A DNA stretch of 64,000 nt, taken from an uncultured Nitrospiraceae bacterium. Its GTDB lineage: Bacteria; Nitrospirota; Thermodesulfovibrionia; Thermodesulfovibrionales; Dissulfurispiraceae. The notes below the pieces were generated by a model that did no database searches, was not told the origin of the DNA, and saw nothing but the letters and a program-made list of their open reading frames with translations. Of this stretch, positions 39,806 through 49,343 are shown in pieces. A program made the translations under genes and the position numbers. Position 1 is the stretch's first letter. Every line of letters starts with the position of its first letter. The stretch is from the NCBI GenBank assembly GCA_963705105.1, contig CAVPIW010000007.1:64001-128000 (forward strand), read 5' to 3'.

Positions 39806-41716
39806 TTATTTTAACATGAATTTTCTGACATCCCCAACACGCAGGGTGATCCTGTTCGAGTCGAGGTATTCAAGAAAAGGCAGGGCGTACTTCCGGGAGG
39901 TGTCGAGGAGGTCTCTGAATTCGGCCACGGTCATCTCCGGTTTTCTGGAGAAGAAACCCTTCAGAAGGGAGATGAGCCTGTCGTAATGCTCCTTCGTTAT
40001 GTACAGGGAGTCCTGGATCCTGACGAGCGTGCCTTCCTTCGAGAGGAGACGGAGCAGGTCGTTGACCTCTTTCTCCCCCATGGAAAAACGCTCCTGGAGC
40101 TCTTTCTTCGTCGACGGCTGAAAGGCCTCCTTCCCGAGCAGATCCACGATCTTCGCCTTGAGGTCTTCGTCGCCCTTCGAGAGGGAGACGCGGAATTCGC
40201 CGTGCCTCAGGACCTCCTTGTCGACGACGACGTCTTTGATCAGGGGCAGGAGAACGAAGGCGCCGTCGTCTATTTTCCGCTCCGCCTTCAGCTTTGCCTT
40301 CGCCTCTTCCTTCGGCATCCCCGTCTTCAGGGGGTTCGCCTTGTGGAAAGACAGGAGAAGAGACTTCAGGGCCTCCCGGAAGGCCGAGAAGACGTCGCCG
40401 TGAAAAAAGACATCCTGGGCCTTCACGATCTTCCCCTTTCCGGCGAGCGTGTCGAGGGCGGATCTGATCTCCTGGCGGTCACCCTGGACCCACCCCTCGA
40501 TGTCGGAACAGGTTCGGCCCTGGTATGCCGACATCCTGATCTTCGTTTCGATCTTGTCGATGGGATTTCCCTCATCAAAGAGGACGAGGTCGGCGATGCC
40601 CGACTGCTTTCGTCTCCTTGCCGGCTGCGGATCGAGTATCTGTCCGCCGCCGATCGTTTCAAGAGGTGAAAAGCGCCTGATAATGTACCGGTCACCGGAG
40701 AGGACGACGATAGGTTCTTCCAGCCGGAACTGGCAGAAGCAGGACCCGCCGGCCTTGACGTCATCGGCGTCATAGATGATGATCCTGGCGATCGTTTCTG
40801 CGGTGCCCGAATAAAAGTGGACGAGGCTCCTGCTCTTGACGACGGGGGCGTCGGACAGCATGTCGAGCTTTGCATCGATGGCCTTCGTCGGAACGAACCG
40901 TCCCGGCGTCACGACGACGTCCCCCCTCTTCAGAAGCGCCTTCTCTATGCCCTGGAGGTTCACGCCGATCCTCTGACCCGCCACGGCCCTGTCGACGGCG
41001 GCGCCGTGGCTCTGGAGCCCCCGGACCTTGCTCGTGTAACCCGACGGGAGGATCTCGACGGGGTCGTCAAGGGAGATCGTCCCCGAAAGGGCCGTCCCGG
41101 TGACGACGGTGCCGAAGCCCTTGAGGGTGAATACCCGGTCGATGGGGAGCCTGAAGAGACTGTTGACCAGCTTCGGCTTCACCGTCATGGCGATGTCGTG
41201 GATTTTCTCCTTGAGCATGTCGACACCGTCGCCCGTCCGTGCCGAAACGGGTATGATTTCGGCGCCGTCGAGAAATGTGCCGCTGACGAACCCCCTCACG
41301 TCATCGATGACGAGGGCGAGCCAGTCCTCGTCGACGAGATCGGTCTTTGTGATCGCCACGATGCCCGCCTTTATCTTGAGCAGCTCGCAGATGGCGAGAT
41401 GTTCCCTGCTTTGCGGCATGACCCCTTCATCGGCGGCGATGACCATGAGGACGATGTCGATTCCTCCGGCGCCGGCCAGCATGTTCTTGATGAGGCGCTC
41501 ATGGCCCGGGACGTCGACAATGCCGACGGTGAGGCTGTCGGGGTAAGAGAGGTTGGCAAAACCAAGGTCTATGGTGATGCCCCGCTCCTTCTCCTCCTTG
41601 AGCCGGTCGGGGTCCGTGCCGGTCATCGCCTTGACGAGAGAGCTCTTGCCGTGGTCGATGTGGCCGGCAGTGCCGAGAACGACGTTCCTTACCGTTGACT
41701 GTGCCACACCCGTCAC
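39806..41716 (-). CDS. selB: Selenocysteine-specific elongation factor
   Basis: [30 protein letters not shown]-terminal [13 protein letters not shown] winged helix. Confidence 0.97.
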   Translation of the reverse strand: MTGVAQSTVRNVVLGTAGHIDHGKSSLVKAMTGTDPDRLKEEKERGITIDLGFANLSYPDSLTVGIVDVPGHERLIKNMLAGAGGIDIVLMVIAADEGVMPQSREHLAICELLKIKAGIVAITKTDLVDEDWLALVIDDVRGFVSGTFLDGAEIIPVSARTGDGVDMLKEKIHDIAMTVKPKLVNSLFRLPIDRVFTLKGFGTVVTGTALSGTISLDDPVEILPSGYTSKVRGLQSHGAAVDRAVAGQRIGVNLQGIEKALLKRGDVVVTPGRFVPTKAIDAKLDMLSDAPVVKSRSLVHFYSGTAETIARIIIYDADDVKAGGSCFCQFRLEEPIVVLSGDRYIIRRFSPLETIGGGQILDPQPARRRKQSGIADLVLFDEGNPIDKIETKIRMSAYQGRTCSDIEGWVQGDRQEIRSALDTLAGKGKIVKAQDVFFHGDVFSAFREALKSLLLSFHKANPLKTGMPKEEAKAKLKAERKIDDGAFVLLPLIKDVVVDKEVLRHGEFRVSLSKGDEDLKAKIVDLLGKEAFQPSTKKELQERFSMGEKEVNDLLRLLSKEGTLVRIQDSLYITKEHYDRLISLLKGFFSRKPEMTVAEFRDLLDTSRKYALPFLEYLDSNRITLRVGDVRKFMLK

Positions 41717-42360
41717 CGGGACCTCTTCACGAAGGCGTCGAAGTTCTTCAGGATCTTCAGGCCCAGGTCCTGGCTCTTTTCAGGATGGAACTGCGTGGCG
41801 AAAACGTTGTCCTTCCAAACCATGGAGACGAAATCAACGCCGTAGTCCGTGCGGCCCGCGATGATCGACTCCTCGTCGGGAGAGACGTAATAGGAATGGA
41901 CGAAATAAAAATAGGATTCGTCGGCTATATCATCGAACAGGGGTGGACGGCGGACGAGCCGGACGGTATTCCATCCCATATGAGGCACCTTGAGGTCGCT
42001 TCGGCCGTAGACGCCTGCACCGTCTTCATAAAACCGGAATTTTACCACCCTGCCGGGCAACACGCCGAGGCCCCGGCAGAAGCCGAACTCCTCCGACTCG
42101 GCAAAAAGGATCTGAAGTCCCAGGCAGATGCCGAGATAGGGTTTGCCGCTATCGATCCCTTTGACGATTGCGTCGAGGAGCTTCAGGTCGTCGAGATTTT
42201 TCATGCAATCCTTGAAGGCGCCGACACCAGGCAGGACGATTCCCCTTGCGTCGGCAATCACGGCGGCATCGGACGTGATCCTCACCTCCGCGCCGACCTT
42301 CTGGAACCCCTTCTCGACGCTCCTGATGTTGCCCATCCCGTAATCAACAATCGCGATCAT
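41713..42360 (-). CDS. hisH: Imidazole glycerol phosphate synthase glutaminase subunit
   Basis: [44 protein letters not shown]. Confidence 0.98.
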   Translation of the reverse strand: MIAIVDYGMGNIRSVEKGFQKVGAEVRITSDAAVIADARGIVLPGVGAFKDCMKNLDDLKLLDAIVKGIDSGKPYLGICLGLQILFAESEEFGFCRGLGVLPGRVVKFRFYEDGAGVYGRSDLKVPHMGWNTVRLVRRPPLFDDIADESYFYFVHSYYVSPDEESIIAGRTDYGVDFVSMVWKDNVFATQFHPEKSQDLGLKILKNFDAFVKRSR

Positions 42361-42437
42361 ATGATTCCCTTGTCTTACCTTGCAGTTTTATGAAAAGGCG
42401 GGCCGAATCGCCTCTATGCTTTTGTTAAATTATTAAA

Positions 42438-42743
42438 TATCACCGGTGTCCAAAATAATCCGACACGAGGATAGGGCATGATTTCTTCGCATAATAAACC
42501 CTTATCACCGCAATGAGATCTCAGGAAAGACGGGGCGAATGCGCCGAAAAGCCTCGGTGCTGCGAAACCTCTGCCTTCCCGTGCAGACCATTGCAGACCA
42601 ACGATCGAACAAAATTAACCTTTTACGGACACTCACACTGACACTGACACTGTTTTTCGGAGCGTTTTGCCCCGTCTTTTCGTGCAAGGCAACCGTGAAT
42701 TTTGCTTCAGAAACCACACCCTATCCTCGCTTTCAAGGTCTCG
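42438..42743 (+). repeat. Second copy of the ~300-bp nested-palindrome repeat
   Basis: Near-identical to 35556-35861. Confidence 0.93.
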
Positions 42744-42944
42744 CTGTTAGCTATTCATTTTCCAATCATTCTCTGTGCTCTCTGTGACCTCTGTGGCTGA
42801 ACTGTCGTTTTCTCCTTTTCTTGCGCACTTTGCGTCTCTGTACGGAAAATAGGGTTTTCTTTCTCTCAGCAGCCGGCAATGAGATCAGGGATTGAAGTGA
42901 TTCCTCTCTACTGACTATTGACTACTGTCTACTGCCGTACCATT

Positions 42945-45428
42945 TTACCACAGGACAAACAGTTTTTTTATGTTCTCCCATTCGTCTGCGGGGCTTTCAG
43001 GCCTCTTCATCGCAAAGGCGGCAGCAGTCTTTATCCGCCTGCCTCCGCCAGGCTCTTCGCGGACGATCACGGCGCCGTCCCGGTCGGTCCTGAGGACCTG
43101 TGAGCCCGTCAGGGCCGTGAGGACTTCCTCGTGAGGATGCCCGTACCGGTTTCCGCGGCCGGCGCTGATCACGGCGATGTCGGGAGAGACGGCATGAATG
43201 AATTCCTCCGTAAACGACGACCTGCTGCCGTGGTGAGGCAGCTTCAGTATGTCGCTCTTCAGGTTCGGGCCAAGGTGAATGAGGTCTTCCTGGGCCTCCC
43301 TGCCGATGTCTCCCGTGAAGAGGACCGAGAGGTCCCGGCCCCGGATGCTCAAAACCAGCGAATCGTTGTTCACCTCGTCACTCCGGGACATGGAATAGAA
43401 GCGCTCATGGGGATGGAGCATCGTTATAACATACCCCTCTCCTTTCACTTCGTCCCCCCTCTGCAGCGCCCTGTGCGTGACTCCTTCCGGATATCCCTCG
43501 TATATCAGTCTGCCGTTGTCCCAGATTTCACCGACCCTGAACCTCCTCGTGAGGTACTCGAACCCGCCGGCATGGTCGGACTGGCCATGGGAGATGACAA
43601 GGGCATCGATGGCGCCGATGCCTGAGTATCTGAGCAGACCGGCAACGGCGAGCCCGTTTCTTCCCGTGTCGACGACGACGGTTTTCCCGTCGGGCAGCCT
43701 GATGACAGCCCCGTCGCCGTGTCCGACATCGACGACGGTGACGCTCAGCGACGGTTTCTCGATCAGTTTCATACCGGCATAGATCATGAACAGGACGGTG
43801 GCCGTGCACACGGGAATGAGCCAGGCCCCGCCCGACAGCCTCTGCAGCCGCCCTTTAATCGTTCCCCTCTCCTCCGGCGGATGCAGCCGAACACTGAGGG
43901 CGATGGTCAGGAACAGGCAGGCGTAAAAGACGATCAGCAGGATGAGGGGGTAATGGGGAATCCTCAGGGACGCAAAGCGCCACTGGCCGACCTGATGAAT
44001 CAGGCCGAGCACGCCGGCCGTCATCCCGTCGATGAAGGCGGCGAAGGGAAAGATGCCCGTCACGATGAAGATGAGCGTCGACAGCAGCGTGAGGGGCAGG
44101 AGGACGAAACCGATGAAAGGGGTGATGAAGAGATTCGTCAGGGGTGAGACGATGGAGGCGGCATGGAACGTCAGCGCGATGAGCGGCGCCGTCCCGGCCG
44201 TTGCGGCAATGGAGACGAGTGACGATGCGGCCGTCAGGCGGAGCGCTTTGCGCGCGAGGCCTTCGGCGGGGCGAATATCGTCCTCAAGCCCATCCTGCCC
44301 ATCCGCACTGTGCCCACGCCGCCCTTCCCCACCCTCCCGTGCCCTTTCCGTCACCATGCCGATGCAGAGCACAGCGACGAAGGAGAGCTGAAATGAAAGG
44401 TCCCTGAGAGCACCGGGGTCGGCGAGGACGATGACGACGGCGGCGAAGAGGACCGTGTTGAGCCAGAACCCGCGGCGTTGAACGAGGAGTCCGACGATGA
44501 AGAGGCTGATCATGATGAATGACCTGACCGCCGGGATGCTGGGCGATGCGAGGGCGAGATAGGCCCCGAGAAAGGGAAAGGCAAGCGCAGCAGCGACCTG
44601 CGTGGGCGTCAGGAAGAGGGTGAGCCGCACGAGGATACGCGCCGGCAGCAGCTTCAGGGAGAACCGCAGGAGCCCGAAAAGGACACAGAAGAGGAGGCCG
44701 AAGTGGGTGCCTGAAATGCTAAGGATATGGGCCAGCCCCGTCGCGTTGAAGTCCTCCCTCATGGCGGACGTCACGAAGGAGCGCTCTCCCGTCGTCATCG
44801 CCATGAGGAAAGCGGCCGAGTCATGACTCATGTCGCTTTTCATCCGCCTATTGATGTCTGACCTTAGCGACCCGATCAGGCCCGGACCGCTCCCGGAAAC
44901 CTCCTGCACATCCACGGCAAAGGCAGTGAGGACAGGATCTTCCGTCCATGGGTTCAGGAGAAAGGCGTCTCTGGGCACCTGCGCCGTAATGTGATACGTT
45001 TTGCCCGGCACGAGGGGACTGTTATACAGGAGCCTCACCTCTTCGGGATGGAAGGTCCTTCCCTCTTCATCCCTCACCTCCCTCACATCGAGGGTCTGCG
45101 AAAACAGGACCTGCCTGCGCGATACTTCGACAGGCTCGGTGGCAACGATGCCTTTCAGGGAAATCGTTTTTCCGGCGATCTCCTGCAATGGGATGTCAGG
45201 ACGGGAAAAAGCCTGGGCGTAGAGGAACCCCGCCGCGACCGCCACCGCCACGACAAAGGTCTTCTTTGCGGCTGACACGAAACGGGATGATGTTGGCCCT
45301 GTCCGCAGCGTCGCTGTGACGCCGGAAACGATGATGCCGAGGGCGGCGAGGAGGAGTCCCGTCAGAGGGAAGAGAGTCCTTATAAAGAAGACCGCGCAGC
45401 CGAACAGAAAAGAGGCGAAAAGAATCAT
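42945..45428 (-). CDS. comEC: DNA internalization competence protein ComEC/Rec2
   Basis: GLAHILSISGTH, SFQLSF, DVGHGD, ISHGQSDHAGG, PHHGS, NRYGHPH. Confidence 0.95.
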   Translation of the reverse strand: MILFASFLFGCAVFFIRTLFPLTGLLLAALGIIVSGVTATLRTGPTSSRFVSAAKKTFVVAVAVAAGFLYAQAFSRPDIPLQEIAGKTISLKGIVATEPVEVSRRQVLFSQTLDVREVRDEEGRTFHPEEVRLLYNSPLVPGKTYHITAQVPRDAFLLNPWTEDPVLTAFAVDVQEVSGSGPGLIGSLRSDINRRMKSDMSHDSAAFLMAMTTGERSFVTSAMREDFNATGLAHILSISGTHFGLLFCVLFGLLRFSLKLLPARILVRLTLFLTPTQVAAALAFPFLGAYLALASPSIPAVRSFIMISLFIVGLLVQRRGFWLNTVLFAAVVIVLADPGALRDLSFQLSFVAVLCIGMVTERAREGGEGRRGHSADGQDGLEDDIRPAEGLARKALRLTAASSLVSIAATAGTAPLIALTFHAASIVSPLTNLFITPFIGFVLLPLTLLSTLIFIVTGIFPFAAFIDGMTAGVLGLIHQVGQWRFASLRIPHYPLILLIVFYACLFLTIALSVRLHPPEERGTIKGRLQRLSGGAWLIPVCTATVLFMIYAGMKLIEKPSLSVTVVDVGHGDGAVIRLPDGKTVVVDTGRNGLAVAGLLRYSGIGAIDALVISHGQSDHAGGFEYLTRRFRVGEIWDNGRLIYEGYPEGVTHRALQRGDEVKGEGYVITMLHPHERFYSMSRSDEVNNDSLVLSIRGRDLSVLFTGDIGREAQEDLIHLGPNLKSDILKLPHHGSRSSFTEEFIHAVSPDIAVISAGRGNRYGHPHEEVLTALTGSQVLRTDRDGAVIVREEPGGGRRIKTAAAFAMKRPESPADEWENIKKLFVLW

Positions 45429-45445
45429 CGGCGATGCTGCTCGCT

Positions 45446-45777
45446 AACCTTATCGCTGCAACAGGACCGCCGGAAAGGCGGGGTGTATGCGCCACCAAAT
45501 AGTAGACAGTAAACAGTAGACAAAAAACGGAACCAATCCGCGAACACCAGACGGGAAGGCTGATGTGGTGAAAAGCCTTTCCTCTAAGATACCTTGTTTA
45601 TCCCCAGACCACCCTTTGCCGTATCTGTTGATACCGGAAGCCCGTCAGGCAGCAGGCGCTGAACACCTCGATATGTCTCATCATCGCATTGGAAAGGCTT
45701 TGAACCATATCTGCCTTCCCGGCGGCACCGTCGCCTTCGGCAAGGCTTTGAGGCGCTTCGCCCCGCCTTTTCATGCA
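45446..45777 (+). repeat. Family A repeat carrying an inner element with ~30-bp inverted ends
   Basis: Left arm 45446-45494, right arm ~45729-45777; inner IR 45553-45582 / 45691-45720; interior shared with 60727-60905. Confidence 0.88.
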
Positions 45778-45786
45778 CCTGAAAGG

Positions 45787-47142
45787 TTACTCCTGCGCCC
45801 CAAGTCGTCTGCCGATCTCGTCTGCGATATCCTGTGCGGCGGACTGCGCCAGGTCATGGCTGTCGCACTCGACCATAACCCGTATCTTCGGCTCCGTCCC
45901 GGAGGCGCGGACGAGCACCCTGCCCCTCTGCCGGAGCCTCTTTTCCGTCTCGTCGATGACCTTTCTGATTTCCGGGACGTCCCTGAAGTTTCTCTTCCCG
46001 GCGACAGGCACATTGATGAGGATCTGCGGGAAGAGCTCGAATCCCCTGAGCAGCTCCGACAGTGACATCCCCTTTTTTCTCATGAGGTAGAGGACCTGGA
46101 GCGCCGTGATCGGGCCGTCGCCCGTCGTGTTGTAATCGAAGAAGATGATGTGCCCCGACTGTTCTCCGCCGATATTGTGCCTGCCCCTGACCATCTCCTC
46201 GACGACGTAGCGGTCGCCGACCTTCGTCCTCACGAGTTTGATGCCCCGGTCTGCCAGGAATCTTTCGAGCCCGAAGTTGCTCATGACCGTCGCGACGACG
46301 CTGTCGCCGTTCAGACGGTCTTCACTCTTCAATTCCGCTGCCCAGATGCCCATGATCATGTCCCCGTCGACCATGGCGCCCCTCTCGTCGACAAAGAGGG
46401 CCCTGTCGGCATCGCCGTCGTGGGCGATCCCGAGATGGGCGCCCGTGTCCTTCACCTGCTGCGCGAGACTCTCCATGTAGAGGGAGCCGCACTGGTCATT
46501 GATGTTGATGCCGTTGGGATGATCGTTCAGGACGATCACCTCGGCGCCCAGCTCCCTGAGGAGCCAGGGGGTGATCCTGTAAGCGGCCCCGTTCGCCGTG
46601 TCGATGACGACCTTGAAACCCTCGAGGTTCACGCCCCTCGGTATGGTCGATTTGATATATTCGATGTACCGGCCGTCGGCGTCTTCAAGCCTGTAGGCCC
46701 TGCCGATCTGCTCTCCCCGCGGTCTCTTGCCGGGAAAGTCATCGCTCAGGACAAGCCTCTCGATCTCCTTCTCCGTCCCGTCGGAGAGCTTGAACCCGTC
46801 GGACGAAAAGATCTTGATGCCGTTGTCGTCGAAGGGATTGTGGGAGGCGGAGATGACAATGCCCGCATCGAGCCTGAGGGTGCGTGTGAGGAAGGCGATT
46901 CCGGGTGTCGGTATGGGACCGACGAGGGTCACGTTCATCCCCATGGAACAGATGCCGGATGTCAATGCGCTCTCTATTACGTAGCCGGAGAGTCTCGTGT
47001 CCTTGCCGATGAGCACCATGTTCCTGCCGTGATTGGTCTTCACGACCGATGCGACGGCCATGCCGATCCTGAGGACCTGCTCGGGAGTCATGGGGGACCT
47101 GTTCGCCCTGCCCCGGATACCGTCAGTGCCGAATAGTTTCAT
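45787..47142 (-). CDS. glmM: Phosphoglucosamine mutase
   Basis: FGTDGIRG, VISASHNP, HDGDADR, GGEQSGH, VRASGTEP. Confidence 0.98.
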   Translation of the reverse strand: MKLFGTDGIRGRANRSPMTPEQVLRIGMAVASVVKTNHGRNMVLIGKDTRLSGYVIESALTSGICSMGMNVTLVGPIPTPGIAFLTRTLRLDAGIVISASHNPFDDNGIKIFSSDGFKLSDGTEKEIERLVLSDDFPGKRPRGEQIGRAYRLEDADGRYIEYIKSTIPRGVNLEGFKVVIDTANGAAYRITPWLLRELGAEVIVLNDHPNGININDQCGSLYMESLAQQVKDTGAHLGIAHDGDADRALFVDERGAMVDGDMIMGIWAAELKSEDRLNGDSVVATVMSNFGLERFLADRGIKLVRTKVGDRYVVEEMVRGRHNIGGEQSGHIIFFDYNTTGDGPITALQVLYLMRKKGMSLSELLRGFELFPQILINVPVAGKRNFRDVPEIRKVIDETEKRLRQRGRVLVRASGTEPKIRVMVECDSHDLAQSAAQDIADEIGRRLGAQE

Positions 47143-47786
47143 TTGCCCGCCCCCTCTATCCTGATTTTCACGTTCACGTCGGAGATCTTTGTCCTGATAT
47201 TCCTGCCGTCCATGTTCAGCCGCACCTCCTGCTCCAGGTTCGCCCGGAGACCCGTTATGTCGATCGGCTCCGTCTTGAGGACGACGACTCTCGCGATTTC
47301 CGTCCTGGCGCCTTCGATCTGGATCACCTGCGGGGTGATCTCGACGGAAAGGACCCGGTAGCCGCGGTCGAGCGTGCCGGAAAGGACCGCCCGGACCGGC
47401 ACCACCTTTGTTATCGACTGATCGAGAGCAACCTTCACGCTTGCGGGGTCTATCCTGAGCACCTTGACGGAGCGGGGAGAAACGACGTTGCCGCTGTCGA
47501 TCATGTATGTGTTTTCCCCGATTTTCGCGTCCGACAGGTCTACGACGACCCTCACGTCCATGGGGCGAAGATTCTTGAGGACCCTCTCATGGGCCTTGAT
47601 GTTCAGGCTCGCCTTCTTGATGCTCTGCTTCAGCAGCTCCGTGCCGACGGGGACATTCTTGAATTCCAGGGAGGCGTCGACGATGATCTCCGATTGCCCG
47701 CGCTGGGTGATGAAGAACCAGAGGGATAGGGCGAGCACGACGGAAAGGACCTTGAACGCGAGGTTGTTGAGCAGTAACTTCTTCAT
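47139..47786 (-). CDS. cdaR: CdaR/YbbR-domain regulator of diadenylate cyclase
   Basis: Start MKKLLLNNLAFKVLSVVLALSLWFFI at 47786 overlaps the cdaA stop; YbbR-like repeats; cdaA-cdaR-glmM order. Confidence 0.85.
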   Translation of the reverse strand: MKKLLLNNLAFKVLSVVLALSLWFFITQRGQSEIIVDASLEFKNVPVGTELLKQSIKKASLNIKAHERVLKNLRPMDVRVVVDLSDAKIGENTYMIDSGNVVSPRSVKVLRIDPASVKVALDQSITKVVPVRAVLSGTLDRGYRVLSVEITPQVIQIEGARTEIARVVVLKTEPIDITGLRANLEQEVRLNMDGRNIRTKISDVNVKIRIEGAGK

Positions 47787-48574
47787 CCGACGGCGACGGA
47801 CTGCGCGCTCCTCTCTTTCGGCTTCGCGAAGAGGTCCGTCAGCAGGTCTCTCAGGGAACCCATGTCCATGGGACCATCGATGACGCCGGCGATCGAAACG
47901 GAGACGGTCCCCGTCTCCTCGGAGACGATGATCGCGATGGCATCGGTCTCCTCGCTGATCCCGATCCCCGCCCTGTGACGGGTCCCGAGAGATTTGCTGA
48001 GCTCCGGGCCGAGGGTGATCGGCAGGAAACACCCCGCCGCGACGACCCTGTTGCCGCGGATCACGACGGCGCCGTCATGAATGGGCGATGTCGGATGGAA
48101 GATGGACAGGAGAAGCTCCTTTGTCACACGGGCATCGAGGGACGTGCCGATCTCGACGTATTCATTGAGACTCGTTTCCCGCTCGATGACGATGAGGGCG
48201 CCGATCTTCCTGTTCGCCAGGGCGATGGAGGCGCGCACGATCTCGTCGAGGGACCGCAGCTCCTCGGCGGAGGTCAGGTTCTTCAGGAAGGACGTCTCGC
48301 CCATCTGGGCGAGGGCCTTCCGGATTTCGGGCTGAAAGAGGATGATGATACCGATGACGACCTGGGCGAGAAAGCTCTGAACCATCCATTCCATGGTGTC
48401 GAGCTCGAAGAACTTCGAGACGATCGAGACGACGAGAAGGATACCGAGGCCGGCGATCATCTTGGCGGCCTTCGTGCCCTTGATCAGGAGGAGAAGGCGG
48501 TAAAGGATGATCGACACGAGGACGATGTCGAGCACGTCCTGCCACCGGATCTGGCTAATCAGCTCCCACAACAC
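47783..48574 (-). CDS. cdaA: Diadenylate cyclase CdaA
   Basis: 3 N-terminal TMs, FQPEIR, HDGA, GTRHRA, VSEETG. Confidence 0.96.
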   Translation of the reverse strand: MLWELISQIRWQDVLDIVLVSIILYRLLLLIKGTKAAKMIAGLGILLVVSIVSKFFELDTMEWMVQSFLAQVVIGIIILFQPEIRKALAQMGETSFLKNLTSAEELRSLDEIVRASIALANRKIGALIVIERETSLNEYVEIGTSLDARVTKELLLSIFHPTSPIHDGAVVIRGNRVVAAGCFLPITLGPELSKSLGTRHRAGIGISEETDAIAIIVSEETGTVSVSIAGVIDGPMDMGSLRDLLTDLFAKPKERSAQSVAVG

Positions 48575-48834
48575 CTGCCTGCTCCTTCAGTGTTTTTTGA
48601 TCAATAATTATACCACAGGGACAGTAGACAGTAGACAAAAGGCAGAATTCAGAATACAGAAGTCAGAAGTGAGAAAAGCGATCGGTAACGAATCCAGTCC
48701 CCGATTCCTGTTCCCGGATCTCCCATCTCCAATCCCCGATCATCCTCGATGGTGTCATTCCGGCTCGTCCGGAATCCTTCTTTCAATAATCTAATCTCTG
48801 ATCCCTAATCCCTCATCTCTGTCTTTTCCCCCTT

Positions 48835-49229
48835 TGTCGGAATCTCTTACATATAGTAGGGAGGCAATGAACCGATAGCTTGTCTGTGCGCCTTCATCTG
48901 TCATTCCCGCAACCCCGTATCTGAAACGGGGGCGTCCGCAATCCTTCTTTCAATCAATAATCCTGTCTCTAATCTCTGCTTTCATATCTCTGCTTTCTCA
49001 TCTTTTCGGAATTCTTTACAGAAAATCGGGTCTAAATCTTATGACACATACACTGTGGACGTTGTTATTCATCTAATTAATTGAATTGCATGAATTTGCA
49101 TAAAAATGACCCTTTGGGGATGGCAAGCATCGTCTTGTCGGATTTTTTTACAAAATGAGACTGAGACGATCAGAGATCGCAGCTTTTCCATATATATCAA
49201 AGCACTTATTTTATAGCATACTTCTTGCA
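48835..49229 (+). promoter_or_regulatory. TGT-N11-ACA boxes (48835-48851, 49136-49152, variant 49004-49020) and imperfect sigma-54-like promoter (49214-49229)
   Basis: TGTCGGAATCTCTTACA, TGTCGGATTTTTTTACA, TTTCGGAATTCTTTACA; TAGCAT-ACTTC-TTGCA (AG instead of GG at -24). Confidence 0.55.
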
Positions 49230-49343
49230 AACTAAAGTGTAGGAGGATTTTTTACGGGATTTAGTCTCGTCAAGACCAGATGCTGTTTGCATTTGACGAA
49301 TTACAAACTGATTTCGGCTGTTGAACGAAAGTGAGGTAGAATT

